Made by a program: the position numbers and the translations under genes
Source: a virus
Direction: 5' to 3' (one strand)
IMG/VR virus record: IMGVR_UViG_3300025697_000021
Span: 4,127 to 68,126 of that record
DNA: 64,000 nucleotides
Notes under the pieces: generated by a model
The model's input: only the letters and a program-made list of their open reading frames with translations
What the model was told of the DNA's origin: nothing
The model's database searches: none
Shown: positions 16,179 to 25,474 of the stretch, in pieces
Position numbering within the stretch: the stretch's first letter is position 1
Layout of the letters: each line of letters opens with the position of its first letter

Positions 16179-17402
16179 TTAGGAAGATTTCTTTAGGTTC
16201 TCCGTAGGAACATTTAGAAGACTTCCATCCTCAAAACATACCACAAAGCTATTACCATGTCCATCAAATTCCGTTTTTATGACGCCTTTTAAGCCTCCGT
16301 CAAGAGTCATCGGACAACCACCTACCGTAGATGTCTCAAATGCTTTAGAAATTTGGACCTTGTCCCCTTTTTGGAAAGGGAGACGATCCTCTGAAAGTAT
16401 CTCTGCAGGGTCCAAACCCAAATGGGTTTGGCCCAATTCTTTAACTTCCCTTTTAGGCTCTTCAGACTTTTTACTAGTGCGCATAGTCTCAAACGGCATT
16501 CCCTGAAAAGCTGGCATTTCTACGAGGGGCTCATCAATAGAGACTCCTTCCATCAATTCTGCCATATCAGAGGCCATTTCTGGAAATGCGCCAATACCTT
16601 CTGTAGGGATCTTCTCAATCACGTTACGCTGGAGGCACTCTAAAGAGAGGCTTTCCATTTGGTTCTCAATTGCTTGGTGCGCCTCATACATCGAGTCATG
16701 AGACTCATCGCGCTTATTCAACTCTTGGCGAACATCTAAATACCGATTAACTAGCTTCATAACTTCAGGCTCTATCGACGTGCTAGCAAAGCTATCCACG
16801 AAGAGTTGAAGGTCTGCATGATCATTAAACCACGCGTGTTTCTTGTATGTGTGAGCTTGAATGATGATGACCTTTGCGCCAGCTGGGATTTCACGCAGTC
16901 GTTGAAGGTTCAACATCTTTAGTTTATGCTCAATGTCCGTTTGCTCTGCCCACAGTTCCGTATTAGTATCTTCAATAGTTGCTTGCTCGAGTTCCAGTGA
17001 ATACAAGTTTTCCAACAGGTTGAAGGCTACGTCCTCGAATTGGGTGCCTTTGAATGAGAGGTACCATTCCTCATGCTCCATAGTCTGGTATGTAAATGCT
17101 TTCTTATTAGCCATAATTTCTACTCCTTGTTCGGGCACATCAGCTCCTGCTCCCATGCCCAGAGTTCCTCTTTCAGACTCAAAAATATCAATAGCCGCTT
17201 GGGCAGCTTCGTTAATCAGATCAATAGTAGCACCCTCTTGCTCTTGAGGCAAGGGAATATCCCCACTCCAAACTTCGTCATTCTGCTCGGCCAAGGTTAC
17301 GAATGCATAAGCATCCCCAAATTGTGAAGGAGTAATGATCGCATCAAACCCTTGTAGAACAATGGTTTGAGGATCCGGAGTTATAAAGTCAATGCCTGCC
17401 AT
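16179..17402 (-). CDS. putative virion/head protein with internal duplicated domain and C-terminal SH3/KOW-like domain
   Basis: Start MAGIDF; two ~75-aa similar segments each after KKA/KHA; FQKGDKVQI...G..V.FEDG. Confidence 0.65.
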   Translation of the reverse strand: MAGIDFITPDPQTIVLQGFDAIITPSQFGDAYAFVTLAEQNDEVWSGDIPLPQEQEGATIDLINEAAQAAIDIFESERGTLGMGAGADVPEQGVEIMANKKAFTYQTMEHEEWYLSFKGTQFEDVAFNLLENLYSLELEQATIEDTNTELWAEQTDIEHKLKMLNLQRLREIPAGAKVIIIQAHTYKKHAWFNDHADLQLFVDSFASTSIEPEVMKLVNRYLDVRQELNKRDESHDSMYEAHQAIENQMESLSLECLQRNVIEKIPTEGIGAFPEMASDMAELMEGVSIDEPLVEMPAFQGMPFETMRTSKKSEEPKREVKELGQTHLGLDPAEILSEDRLPFQKGDKVQISKAFETSTVGGCPMTLDGGLKGVIKTEFDGHGNSFVVCFEDGSLLNVPTENLKKSS

Positions 17403-17403
17403 C

Positions 17404-18615
17404 TTACATATACATTTTCTTGAAGGTTGCTGGTAGCGCCTCGATCTCATCGACCTTGACTCTGTATTCCATACCCTTCGATTTGATTATGAGCGTAGCA
17501 TTGTCAGGATTAACCTCTACAATATTGCCGCGCATTTGGTCTTTCTTAGGTCCACCAAACTTAACGCCATCACCCGCCTCCATAGGAGTTCGAGTACCTG
17601 GATACATTTGCTCAATAACCTCTTCAAGGACTTCTTCCATATCCATGGGAGGTGCAGATACTTCTAGCTCCACATCTTTACCCATCATATCCTCTTCTTG
17701 ACCTTCTTCTCCTATCATCATTTGCGCCCTACGCCCTCTATTATTGCCATAGGGGTTAAGAGCAATACTTTTATTGATAAGATGAGGTTCCCAAGCGTCT
17801 CTACTAGCTGTAGATACGTGATTAAGAATATAGTTTCTTAGAAGATAGATCCAAGGACGGGGGAACGTATCCAAGCCATCCTTCTCAGCTGCTTCAATAT
17901 CTTCCAGTACCGCTGCAAATCCTGCAGGGACAGCTGAAGTACCGATAGCTGCTTCTTTAATCTTAGTTGTATAGTCCTGAGCATTATCTCGAGGAAGGGG
18001 CCCTGTGAAGTCTCTAAGACCTACAGCAAGCGCCTTCTCTTGTGGATTCAAAGGTGCGTCGTACATCCCTCTAAGCTCTGGGACCTCATAAGAGGTGACT
18101 CGGTCAAGAACTTTATCCAAAGCGTCCTGAGATACCGTGTAGAGCCGTCCTTCGATTACCATCATTGAAGGTGGAAGTGCTTCTCCACGAATAACCTTAA
18201 CAGGAATAGTAGCTTCTTTACGAACACCCGATTTAGAAACCAAATGAACGTTGAATAGGACTAGACCTTCAAGAATGTCAGTCTGACTATCACGCGCATA
18301 TTTAACGTCTCTAACGTTGTTGTAAGATACTTTGGGAAAAATTGGAAGTACGAATTGGGAAAGTGTGTCTTGAAGGGCTTTAGATGCCTCAAATACCATT
18401 CCTCTCATAGAAGTAACTTCTCTTGTCTCTTGAGGAGCGCCTCGCATAGAGAAAATGTCATTCAGAGATCCGCCATCTATTGACTCTTGATCCTCTTGCA
18501 GTCCGTGTGCTGGGTATGCTTGAGCGTCTCTTCGTGCCTTCATCTTATGGTAGCCCTTAAGAAGTGGATGATCAGACACAACCTTATTTTTCATTAAATC
18601 ATCAAATGTAGCCAT
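17404..18615 (-). CDS. putative virion/head protein, C-terminal SH3/KOW-like domain
   Basis: 403 aa; RDAQ, KEAA, RRAQ motifs; EAGDGVKF...GNIVEV. Confidence 0.65.
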   Translation of the reverse strand: MATFDDLMKNKVVSDHPLLKGYHKMKARRDAQAYPAHGLQEDQESIDGGSLNDIFSMRGAPQETREVTSMRGMVFEASKALQDTLSQFVLPIFPKVSYNNVRDVKYARDSQTDILEGLVLFNVHLVSKSGVRKEATIPVKVIRGEALPPSMMVIEGRLYTVSQDALDKVLDRVTSYEVPELRGMYDAPLNPQEKALAVGLRDFTGPLPRDNAQDYTTKIKEAAIGTSAVPAGFAAVLEDIEAAEKDGLDTFPRPWIYLLRNYILNHVSTASRDAWEPHLINKSIALNPYGNNRGRRAQMMIGEEGQEEDMMGKDVELEVSAPPMDMEEVLEEVIEQMYPGTRTPMEAGDGVKFGGPKKDQMRGNIVEVNPDNATLIIKSKGMEYRVKVDEIEALPATFKKMYM

Positions 18616-18980
18616 TATAAAGTCCGTTTCCTAGCGCTATTACGATTATTCTGCATAATCGCCTCGCGTTTTTTCTTCTCTGCCTTCTTTGTGGCATTCT
18701 TAGTTCGCTCAACTTTTAAGAGACCTTTAATCTCTGTTATATCGATACCGGCGCGTCCCACGGGAGCGTCTACTACCGTTATGGCAGAAGCAAGCATAGT
18801 AATTTCATAGAATACGCCGTTAGGAGCTTGGAGTTGAGTCTCTAAACAAGCACCCTTGGAGGATAACTCCAGAATACACACCCAAAACTCAGACATAGTA
18901 GCATAAGGAACTAGCACATTATGTATGTGCCCTCCTGAAGTGTGTACTCGATATGTGTAATGTCTAACTACTTTAGTCAT
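18615..18980 (-). CDS. hypothetical protein with basic C-terminus
   Basis: SD GAGG; TAATG coupling. Confidence 0.65.
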   Translation of the reverse strand: MTKVVRHYTYRVHTSGGHIHNVLVPYATMSEFWVCILELSSKGACLETQLQAPNGVFYEITMLASAITVVDAPVGRAGIDITEIKGLLKVERTKNATKKAEKKKREAIMQNNRNSARKRTL

Positions 18981-18986
18981 TTATCC

Positions 18987-19637
18987 TCACAGACTATCCG
19001 CAATAGAGGATAGAAGATGAACTAGATTAGGAGAGCTTTCATATCTATCACGAGTTTTATGCTGTACTCCTGATACTACTCTGTGGGACTCCTCCTCTAC
19101 TTCAATAACATCCTTCTCAGATACTGCAAACAAAGCTACACGATCCCCAACTCTTACTTTATTGAGAGCACAAAACCCACCATTTACCTCAAGTAGTCCA
19201 GTACAATCAGGGCAAGACCAAACATCGCTTGATCCAACCTTAGTGTTTTCCTGTACTCTACATACCATATCGTCCTGTAGGAAAATAAGGTCCAATTCAA
19301 AAGGAACTGACCCTTGATGAATACGAACCGTCTGGTAGGGTACGTACGGGAAGTACATACCCCTATGTTGCTCAAGAGAGTCTACGCCCTGCAGACCCTG
19401 AATCTTTAACTCCATAGTATCTGCGATACTACAAGCAACCTTAATTTCCTTCTCGACCCATAGAGCACTAACTCTTAGAACGGGAGAAGTATCTAGGCGA
19501 TCACTAGGAATGCCCGCTACTTTCTCACCTCTCCATGCACGTTCCATACAATGGTCATACAAGTAAATAGAGTCTTCATGCAGAAGACCAAAGTCTTCTG
19601 CATGTTTGTCTGAGTTGGTTGCTTTAACTAGTTTCAT
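18987..19637 (-). CDS. DUF192-domain protein
   Basis: GLQG..SL..RGMYF...VPFELDLIFL...LEVNGG...VRVGDRV matches the DUF192 layout. Confidence 0.75.
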   Translation of the reverse strand: MKLVKATNSDKHAEDFGLLHEDSIYLYDHCMERAWRGEKVAGIPSDRLDTSPVLRVSALWVEKEIKVACSIADTMELKIQGLQGVDSLEQHRGMYFPYVPYQTVRIHQGSVPFELDLIFLQDDMVCRVQENTKVGSSDVWSCPDCTGLLEVNGGFCALNKVRVGDRVALFAVSEKDVIEVEEESHRVVSGVQHKTRDRYESSPNLVHLLSSIADSL

Positions 19638-19643
19638 TGGGAA

Positions 19644-20102
19644 TTACTCCTTTTTAGCCCTCTTAAAGGAAGAGAATCCCCTTTTACCTTTTTTACCCAT
19701 TGAGGGAAGTACTGGTGCAGGAGCCTCTTCAATAATTTCGACTTCTTCCAATTCTACTTCGATTGGTTCATCTTCTATTAAAATAGACTCTTCTATTACT
19801 TCTTCTATCTCTACATCAGCTATTACGACTACGTGAGTCTCCCATACAACTTTAATCATGCCTCTACGCACGAATGTTTTAAAGTCTGCACATTCCCTAA
19901 TGGCATCTGGAGACAATCCGGATGCCGCAACCAAGTCAATCTTCTTTTGACTATCAATACGAATATTGATAGAGGCTGCTTTGATCGCTCGTTTGGCCTT
20001 ATGCTTAGAAAGAACTATGAGTTCCTCCTCATTTATCTTGGGAGTAAGGTTTAAACTAACTGCCGTAACTGTTGGGTTAACAACCCATAATGATTCTTTC
20101 AT
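19644..20102 (-). CDS. hypothetical protein, Glu-rich then basic tail
   Basis: SD AGGAG. Confidence 0.65.
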   Translation of the reverse strand: MKESLWVVNPTVTAVSLNLTPKINEEELIVLSKHKAKRAIKAASINIRIDSQKKIDLVAASGLSPDAIRECADFKTFVRRGMIKVVWETHVVVIADVEIEEVIEESILIEDEPIEVELEEVEIIEEAPAPVLPSMGKKGKRGFSSFKRAKKE

Positions 20103-20112
20103 AAATTATCTC

Positions 20113-22446
20113 CTATTTAAATAGAGTATTAAAGCCTTTGTCCTTAGTTAGACCAAACAGCGTACGAGCTTCATTGATAGGCATTCCAACTTCGGTTAGA
20201 AGTCGTTGCACTAGCATTTGAGCCTTGAGTGCTGGAACTTGGTCAGCAGTAGATGCTTTAACTTCTTGTTCCATAATCTCGTTGTACACGCTAAGAGCAG
20301 TAGCCTCGGGGCTTGAGTCAGCTTCGGCAAACTCACCGCCTGGGGCGGGAGGTGCGTTAGGATCTGCTGGGGGAGCATTTGGGTCCGCAGGTGGATTTGG
20401 AACTCCTACTGGACCAGCTGGGGCCGGTGCTGCGGGAGCAGGAGCGGGCATTGCGGGTGCTGCTTGTGCTTCTCTAGTCAACATGGCAAACGCTTTATCA
20501 ATTGAAGCTATAGGTGCTTTCCCCTCGTCCATCGATACCGGTGCTGGACCTGGAGCTGGGGCTGCAGGAAGAGTGTTAGGAGATCCTTTTGGATCTGCAC
20601 CAGGGCCCAGTGGATCTACCGGAGGTTTAATGGGAGCTGCCGGGGCTGCTCCAGTCTCAGAAACGCCTGCACCAGGCTTACGTAGTTTAACCTGCATGAT
20701 CTTGGTTTTATCTTCATCAGACATTGCTTGAACATCTTGATCAGTCCATCCTAGAGCCTTCAAACCTTCGTCGCCTGCGCCGGGTGCCGGTGCAGCAGGT
20801 TTAGGACCTTCTGCCGGTACGGGAGCGCCGGGGGCGGGAGCACCAGGGGCCGGTGCGGGAGCAGCGGGGCCTGGGTCAGGGCTTGAAGTTGGGGGTGTTG
20901 GGATTGCACCACCGGGACCATTTTGCATTTGGGCTTTTACAGTTTGTTGATTAGCTGGTTTAGGGGCTTCTTGAACTGCAGGCTCAAACTTATCATCTAC
21001 GGAGCGATCTGCTTGAACATTCTCTTTCTTAGCAGGAGCATCCTTCTTATCTTTTTTAGAGTCATTATCCTTGACTAGGTCTCTACCATAATCTTTATAG
21101 TAATCAATCCAATAGGACTTGGCAGCTTCATCAACGGCTAGCTTATCAGTAGACATAGAACCGATACCCGTATCTACTGGAGTCTCAGCTAGGCCACCTG
21201 GAAGAGCGGGAACGTCTTGACCAGGACCAGCAGCGTTAGGGCGAGAACTTGCCCAATCATAACTATCCTCCTGCCCAAGAGATCTTGTCAAATGATAAAG
21301 GTCCTCTGCAGACTCAGCATCCATATCACGAGTATATGTACCATCTTGGCCCCAGTTCTCTTTAATGCGAGTAGCTGCAGAACCTAGACCGGCATTTTCT
21401 TTCATTTGCTGAATATAGGCAGTAATTTGGTGTGAACCATAATCCTGAGCTAGTTGAGCAATCACTTCCAGTTGAACGCCTCTTGAAAGGAGGTCATCGA
21501 CGCTGTCCATATTCTCAGTACTGACCGCTTCTTTAATGTATTCAACTAGAGAAATGTCTTGACCTGATTTGCCATGGATAGCTTCTTTAATTCGAGCTTC
21601 CATGTCGTGGCCCTCTTCCTCCTCGAGGTTCTCATCATACGGATCTTCTTCTTCCAATAGGGCGTCTTCCTGGGCCAACAGATGACGAGCATTCCATCTC
21701 TCAGTATCGCCAATATCTCTCAAGAGATTGGCTGAAGGAGAGGCGGCCACCATTTCTCTATAAGTAGCTTCTCGTTTAGGCTCTGCATAAGTATCCACAA
21801 TACCGGCATTATGAAAATCATCTACTGGGGTGACTTGCTCTCCAACTACGGGTAGCTCACCGGATACTCCAGCATAAGGAGAATTATCTTCAGAATCTTC
21901 AGAAGGTACGCTTATTGTAGAATCGTTCTGTGCTTGCTTCTCAGACTGAGTCGTTTGTTGTTCGTCACCCCAATTAACTGAATTACCACCTGAGTCTGGC
22001 CCCAAGTTAGTATCCGGAAGTGTCATATCTGCACTATTTTCTGGAAGTTTAACTACTGAAGGATCAACCCAAGGTTTATCGCTTGTAGTATCAGTTCCCA
22101 AACCGGGTTCTGAAGTAGCACCTTGCGGAACAGGTTGCTTATTCACTTTAGGATCTGACCACGGCTTATCGCTTGTACTATCATCTTCCAGAGGGCCTGA
22201 TCCTGAGGGAATAGCCTCAAAAGTTACTGGAGAAGGGGTCTTATCCGGCATTCCACCAGCTTCCTTCATGAAATCAGCAATAGCCATTTCCAAATAACAG
22301 ATGTCATTAGCGGTTTTAGCTCCATTAGGAGAAGAGATCTCAATATCATCATTCTCATCAATACGAGCTACCCAACCCTTGATCTTAACAGTTTCACAGT
22401 TAAGGAGGGCTTCTTTTACTTCACTTGCATTCTTATAGGTCTTCAT
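20113..22446 (-). CDS. large low-complexity (Pro/Ala/acidic) putative head/scaffold-type protein
   Basis: Start MKTYKN after SD GAGGAGG; many K/R-x-A motifs; repeated TSDKPWxDP; YW module. Confidence 0.7.
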   Translation of the reverse strand: MKTYKNASEVKEALLNCETVKIKGWVARIDENDDIEISSPNGAKTANDICYLEMAIADFMKEAGGMPDKTPSPVTFEAIPSGSGPLEDDSTSDKPWSDPKVNKQPVPQGATSEPGLGTDTTSDKPWVDPSVVKLPENSADMTLPDTNLGPDSGGNSVNWGDEQQTTQSEKQAQNDSTISVPSEDSEDNSPYAGVSGELPVVGEQVTPVDDFHNAGIVDTYAEPKREATYREMVAASPSANLLRDIGDTERWNARHLLAQEDALLEEEDPYDENLEEEEGHDMEARIKEAIHGKSGQDISLVEYIKEAVSTENMDSVDDLLSRGVQLEVIAQLAQDYGSHQITAYIQQMKENAGLGSAATRIKENWGQDGTYTRDMDAESAEDLYHLTRSLGQEDSYDWASSRPNAAGPGQDVPALPGGLAETPVDTGIGSMSTDKLAVDEAAKSYWIDYYKDYGRDLVKDNDSKKDKKDAPAKKENVQADRSVDDKFEPAVQEAPKPANQQTVKAQMQNGPGGAIPTPPTSSPDPGPAAPAPAPGAPAPGAPVPAEGPKPAAPAPGAGDEGLKALGWTDQDVQAMSDEDKTKIMQVKLRKPGAGVSETGAAPAAPIKPPVDPLGPGADPKGSPNTLPAAPAPGPAPVSMDEGKAPIASIDKAFAMLTREAQAAPAMPAPAPAAPAPAGPVGVPNPPADPNAPPADPNAPPAPGGEFAEADSSPEATALSVYNEIMEQEVKASTADQVPALKAQMLVQRLLTEVGMPINEARTLFGLTKDKGFNTLFK

Positions 22447-22459
22447 AGTCAATCCTCCT

Positions 22460-23143
22460 CTACCAGCTGCCGTCTTCGTCTGCATTAATTAACATCTCTG
22501 CAGTTTTATGGGCTTCTGGTTCACCATTGATCAATGCTAGAATAAAGTTGCGTGACTTCTTCTGGAAAGGATTTCCCCCCGCAAGTCCAGCTTCTTTAAT
22601 ATAGTAATCATAATCTTCTTGAGTTCTAATTTGGCTTGCAACATGCACAAGGTCTTCAACCGGAAGCATGAAATACCCATTAGAGCTAATATCTTCAATT
22701 AGGTTAGATGCTGCGGATTTAGGATAGTTCCTGTTGTAGTGGTCCTTAACCTTTAGCATATCAGATACCGTCAGGTTGGCTGTACGATCCCGTTTCCACA
22801 ACTTCTCTAGATGAGTTGTCAGGATACGAACTCCTAGGTCTCTAGGGGCGTGCTTAGCTGCGCTCTTGGCTTGCTGATAAGCCTCAAACACTGAAGAAAC
22901 GGGAAGACTTCCATCTACTCTATCCACTTCCTTCTCAAGCTCTTCAGCAACTACCTTTCGCATCCAATCAATATGGCGCTCGTTAAGCTCTTTACCATTT
23001 TCATAAGCAGCTTCTTTTTGAAGGTCTTCTTCTTTTAGCTCAGTAACCACGCCTGCGAACTTACTAGCTAGTCGAGAGTAGTCAACAGTGGCTTGTTTTT
23101 CTCCAGTTAGGTCTTCGAGATGTTGATATACGTTTTTACTCAT
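22460..23143 (-). CDS. putative virion/head protein
   Basis: Start MSKNVY with SD GGGAG; KQA, KEAA, KEAG, KTA motifs; class II promoter upstream. Confidence 0.65.
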   Translation of the reverse strand: MSKNVYQHLEDLTGEKQATVDYSRLASKFAGVVTELKEEDLQKEAAYENGKELNERHIDWMRKVVAEELEKEVDRVDGSLPVSSVFEAYQQAKSAAKHAPRDLGVRILTTHLEKLWKRDRTANLTVSDMLKVKDHYNRNYPKSAASNLIEDISSNGYFMLPVEDLVHVASQIRTQEDYDYYIKEAGLAGGNPFQKKSRNFILALINGEPEAHKTAEMLINADEDGSW

Positions 23144-23175
23144 TATAAATTCTCCCAAGATAGAAATCTATCATC

Positions 23176-23204
23176 AATATAGTTATAATAGCATACTGTC
23201 CTTT
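23176..23204 (-). promoter_or_regulatory. candidate late promoter (class II)
   Basis: AAAGGA-N17-TATATT. Confidence 0.55.
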
Positions 23205-23218
23205 GGTTTTCGTAAACC

Positions 23219-23521
23219 TCAACTAGTTTTTTGAATATCTAGAAGTTTTCGTAATATATATGTTTTTCCACAATCCCGGCATTCAACTAACAATGGAGAC
23301 GTGCCAAACACAGTAGACATAATGGCATTACAACACTCTGATAGCAAATCAGAGCAATCTTCGCCCTCGGGACAATCCTCTTCCTGAGGATGCCCCTGGG
23401 CTCTATTTGTAACATTGGTTAGTAACTTAAAAAACTTTTCCGCTTCCGGGTCTCTTGAAGTATTAGCCTTTGCTGCATCAACTATGGCTTGCATTTGTTC
23501 TTTTAATTCGGTAGGGTCCAT
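23219..23521 (-). CDS. zinc-ribbon hypothetical protein
   Basis: Likely start MDPTELK; SECC...VECRDCGK. Confidence 0.6.
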   Translation of the reverse strand: MDPTELKEQMQAIVDAAKANTSRDPEAEKFFKLLTNVTNRAQGHPQEEDCPEGEDCSDLLSECCNAIMSTVFGTSPLLVECRDCGKTYILRKLLDIQKTS

Positions 23522-23535
23522 GCTGTTAATATAGA

Positions 23536-23730
23536 CTATAGGGGCTCTAAATTGGTTTCTGTAATCTTCTGTAGATAGCCCCAAGCATCATCTGTCTGAT
23601 TAGCATCAAGAAGCTGCTCGAGTACTTGAGTCTGCTCTGGAGAGGCTTTTTCATAGAAAGCCATCATCTCTTCAAATCCCAAATTACCGGGATAGGAAGC
23701 AGCCTCTTTAATAAATTGGATTACTCTACT
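23536..23730 (-). CDS. 64-codon -1-frame extension of 23721..24536 (putative frameshift product)
   Basis: Frame opens only at the A9 run (23730..23738): SRVIQFIKEAASYPGNLGFEEMMAFYEKASPEQ...TNLEPL*. Confidence 0.55.
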   Translation of the reverse strand, partial: SRVIQFIKEAASYPGNLGFEEMMAFYEKASPEQTQVLEQLLDANQTDDAWGYLQKITETNLEPL

Positions 23731-24536
23731 TTTTTTTTAGAATTAGATGGGGAGATCTTCTTAGGAATGTCTTTAGTCAGTGCTTTACCGTAGCCAGCCT
23801 CTGAGAAATAGTTCTGCCAGTAGGCTGCCGCGACGGCGTCTACGCCACATTTAGTCAGCCAGTCACAGGCAACATCAGCTCTGATTCTTTTTTTAACTTC
23901 CTTCACAAGCTGCTCACCATATTCTCCATAATAAGCAGTCCAATAATCTGCAGCAACGCTATCTACAGCTAGCTTACAAAGACCCTGCCTAGCCTCTTCA
24001 AACAGACTTGCTACTTTTTGAGCAGGCGCACCATACTCATTAACAGCAGACTCTTCGTTACCAGATCGAATTTCCTCTACAATTGCCTTAACGGCAGATT
24101 TACCCATGATGTCCATGTCGTCTAGTAGGTCCGCTGCAGCAATAAAAGGCACATTCAAGTACTTAGACGCTTGACGAGTCTTCATACCATGTACAACAAA
24201 CTCTCTAATCTCTGCTACTGTATCAAAGCCATATTCATCATTAAGTTCAGTCCAAGTCTTAACTAGGGGCGGGATGTCTCCAGCTGCTTTTAGTTGAGTT
24301 GCTGTTACCTCAAATCTAGCACAGATAGACTTAGGGATCTCCATTTTAGGGTGATCTAGCTCGTCTACCACACCGGCACCGAATAGGCCCCAGGCACTAG
24401 CTGACACTACTCGAGCGTACTCGTTAGCATCGAATTCTTCTCGTTCTGCAACAGTTCTATTGACGATTACGTTACCGTGCTCATCCTTTTCCGCGTTCCA
24501 TAGGTGATGTGATTGTTTTTTCATTATATTCTCCAT
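23721..24536 (-). CDS. putative virion/head protein with two YW modules
   Basis: VDSVAADYWTAYYGEYGEQLVKE and VDAVAAAYWQNYFSEAGYGKALTKD; RQAS, KVAS, KLAV motifs. Confidence 0.7.
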   Translation of the reverse strand: MENIMKKQSHHLWNAEKDEHGNVIVNRTVAEREEFDANEYARVVSASAWGLFGAGVVDELDHPKMEIPKSICARFEVTATQLKAAGDIPPLVKTWTELNDEYGFDTVAEIREFVVHGMKTRQASKYLNVPFIAAADLLDDMDIMGKSAVKAIVEEIRSGNEESAVNEYGAPAQKVASLFEEARQGLCKLAVDSVAADYWTAYYGEYGEQLVKEVKKRIRADVACDWLTKCGVDAVAAAYWQNYFSEAGYGKALTKDIPKKISPSNSKKKVE

Positions 24537-24542
24537 CGTAGC

Positions 24543-25121
24543 TTAAATCGTAAAAGGTTCTTTATTCCCTGCAAACATCGTGGAAGCTAGTGCGTCCATT
24601 GGATCAGCTCCCTCGCTTACCAGTTTAGCAACCGCTTGGGATTGATTGGCAGATGAAGCCTGATCAGCTACGCGTAGCGCCGTGTTAAAATCTACTTGAC
24701 CTTGCAGGTCACCATGGCCCACAACAGCCCAGAAGACATCATTGTAAGGCTCTCCGTATTGAGCTATCTTATCGCTTACGAGATCGGCAAGAGCTGCTGC
24801 TTGTGCTTCTCCATCAGGTCCCTGAGGAAGGAACATCGCTAGATTGTCCTGTATCTGTATTTGTCTGTCCGGAAGTTGCTCTGCAGGGCTACCGTTATTA
24901 GTTTGTGCCCATTCGGGAAGTTCTCTATCCGTTGGTACGCTATCTACCGCGTTCTGGATAAGGTAGTCCCTGTTACGCTCCCCTTGTGATAGGGGAACCC
25001 CATTTTCGTCAGTCTCTACAAGATCTATGTCATCTACATGCATCTCTTCTTCTTGAGCAGTCTTGGTGTTGGCTTTGATATGCAGGAATGCCTCTAGTGA
25101 GAAGCCTTTTTTCATCAACAT
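24543..25121 (-). CDS. putative virion/head protein
   Basis: KTAQ, RVAD motifs; acidic. Confidence 0.6.
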   Translation of the reverse strand: MLMKKGFSLEAFLHIKANTKTAQEEEMHVDDIDLVETDENGVPLSQGERNRDYLIQNAVDSVPTDRELPEWAQTNNGSPAEQLPDRQIQIQDNLAMFLPQGPDGEAQAAALADLVSDKIAQYGEPYNDVFWAVVGHGDLQGQVDFNTALRVADQASSANQSQAVAKLVSEGADPMDALASTMFAGNKEPFTI

Positions 25122-25122
25122 G

Positions 25123-25473
25123 CTAGTTACCTAACTCTTCCCAATTCCAAGGCCTACCTTCAGGATCTGCTTCTTGGGGAGACTCAGCGTTAATTTCATC
25201 CCAATTCCAAGGCCTACCTTCAGGATCTGCTTCTTGGGGAGACTCAGCGTTAGCTGCTTCAGTACTAAGAGCCCTACTTAATACGTCCCATCTAATTCCT
25301 TGCGCATCCTCTACCGAGCTAACTAAACCAGACTCCATAAGGAGTTGATAGATAGCCGCCTCCGGCCCACTCAAACTCTCTGCAGTCATTTGAGCTTTTT
25401 TAGTAGCAGGACCCCTCTTGTTTGCAGAAGCAATCCGCTTAAGAGCGCTATTCGATAAACTAAGTTTTGACAT
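25123..25473 (-). CDS. putative virion/head protein with 20-aa tandem duplication
   Basis: RIAS, KKAQ; NAESPQEADPEGRPWNW twice. Confidence 0.6.
   Translation of the reverse strand: MSKLSLSNSALKRIASANKRGPATKKAQMTAESLSGPEAAIYQLLMESGLVSSVEDAQGIRWDVLSRALSTEAANAESPQEADPEGRPWNWDEINAESPQEADPEGRPWNWEELGN
25139..25252. repeat. tandem duplication, period 60 bp
   Basis: 25139..25192 identical to 25199..25252. Confidence 0.95.
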
Positions 25474-25474
25474 G

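Noticed and set aside
20225-20731. 168-aa plus-strand Gly/Ala-rich ORF
   Set aside because: Antisense shadow of the Pro/Ala-rich region of 20113..22446
22447-22485. Possible frameshift fusion between 22460..23143 and the large downstream gene
   Set aside because: The downstream gene has its own strong SD (GAGGAGG) and ATG at 22446; no slippery run
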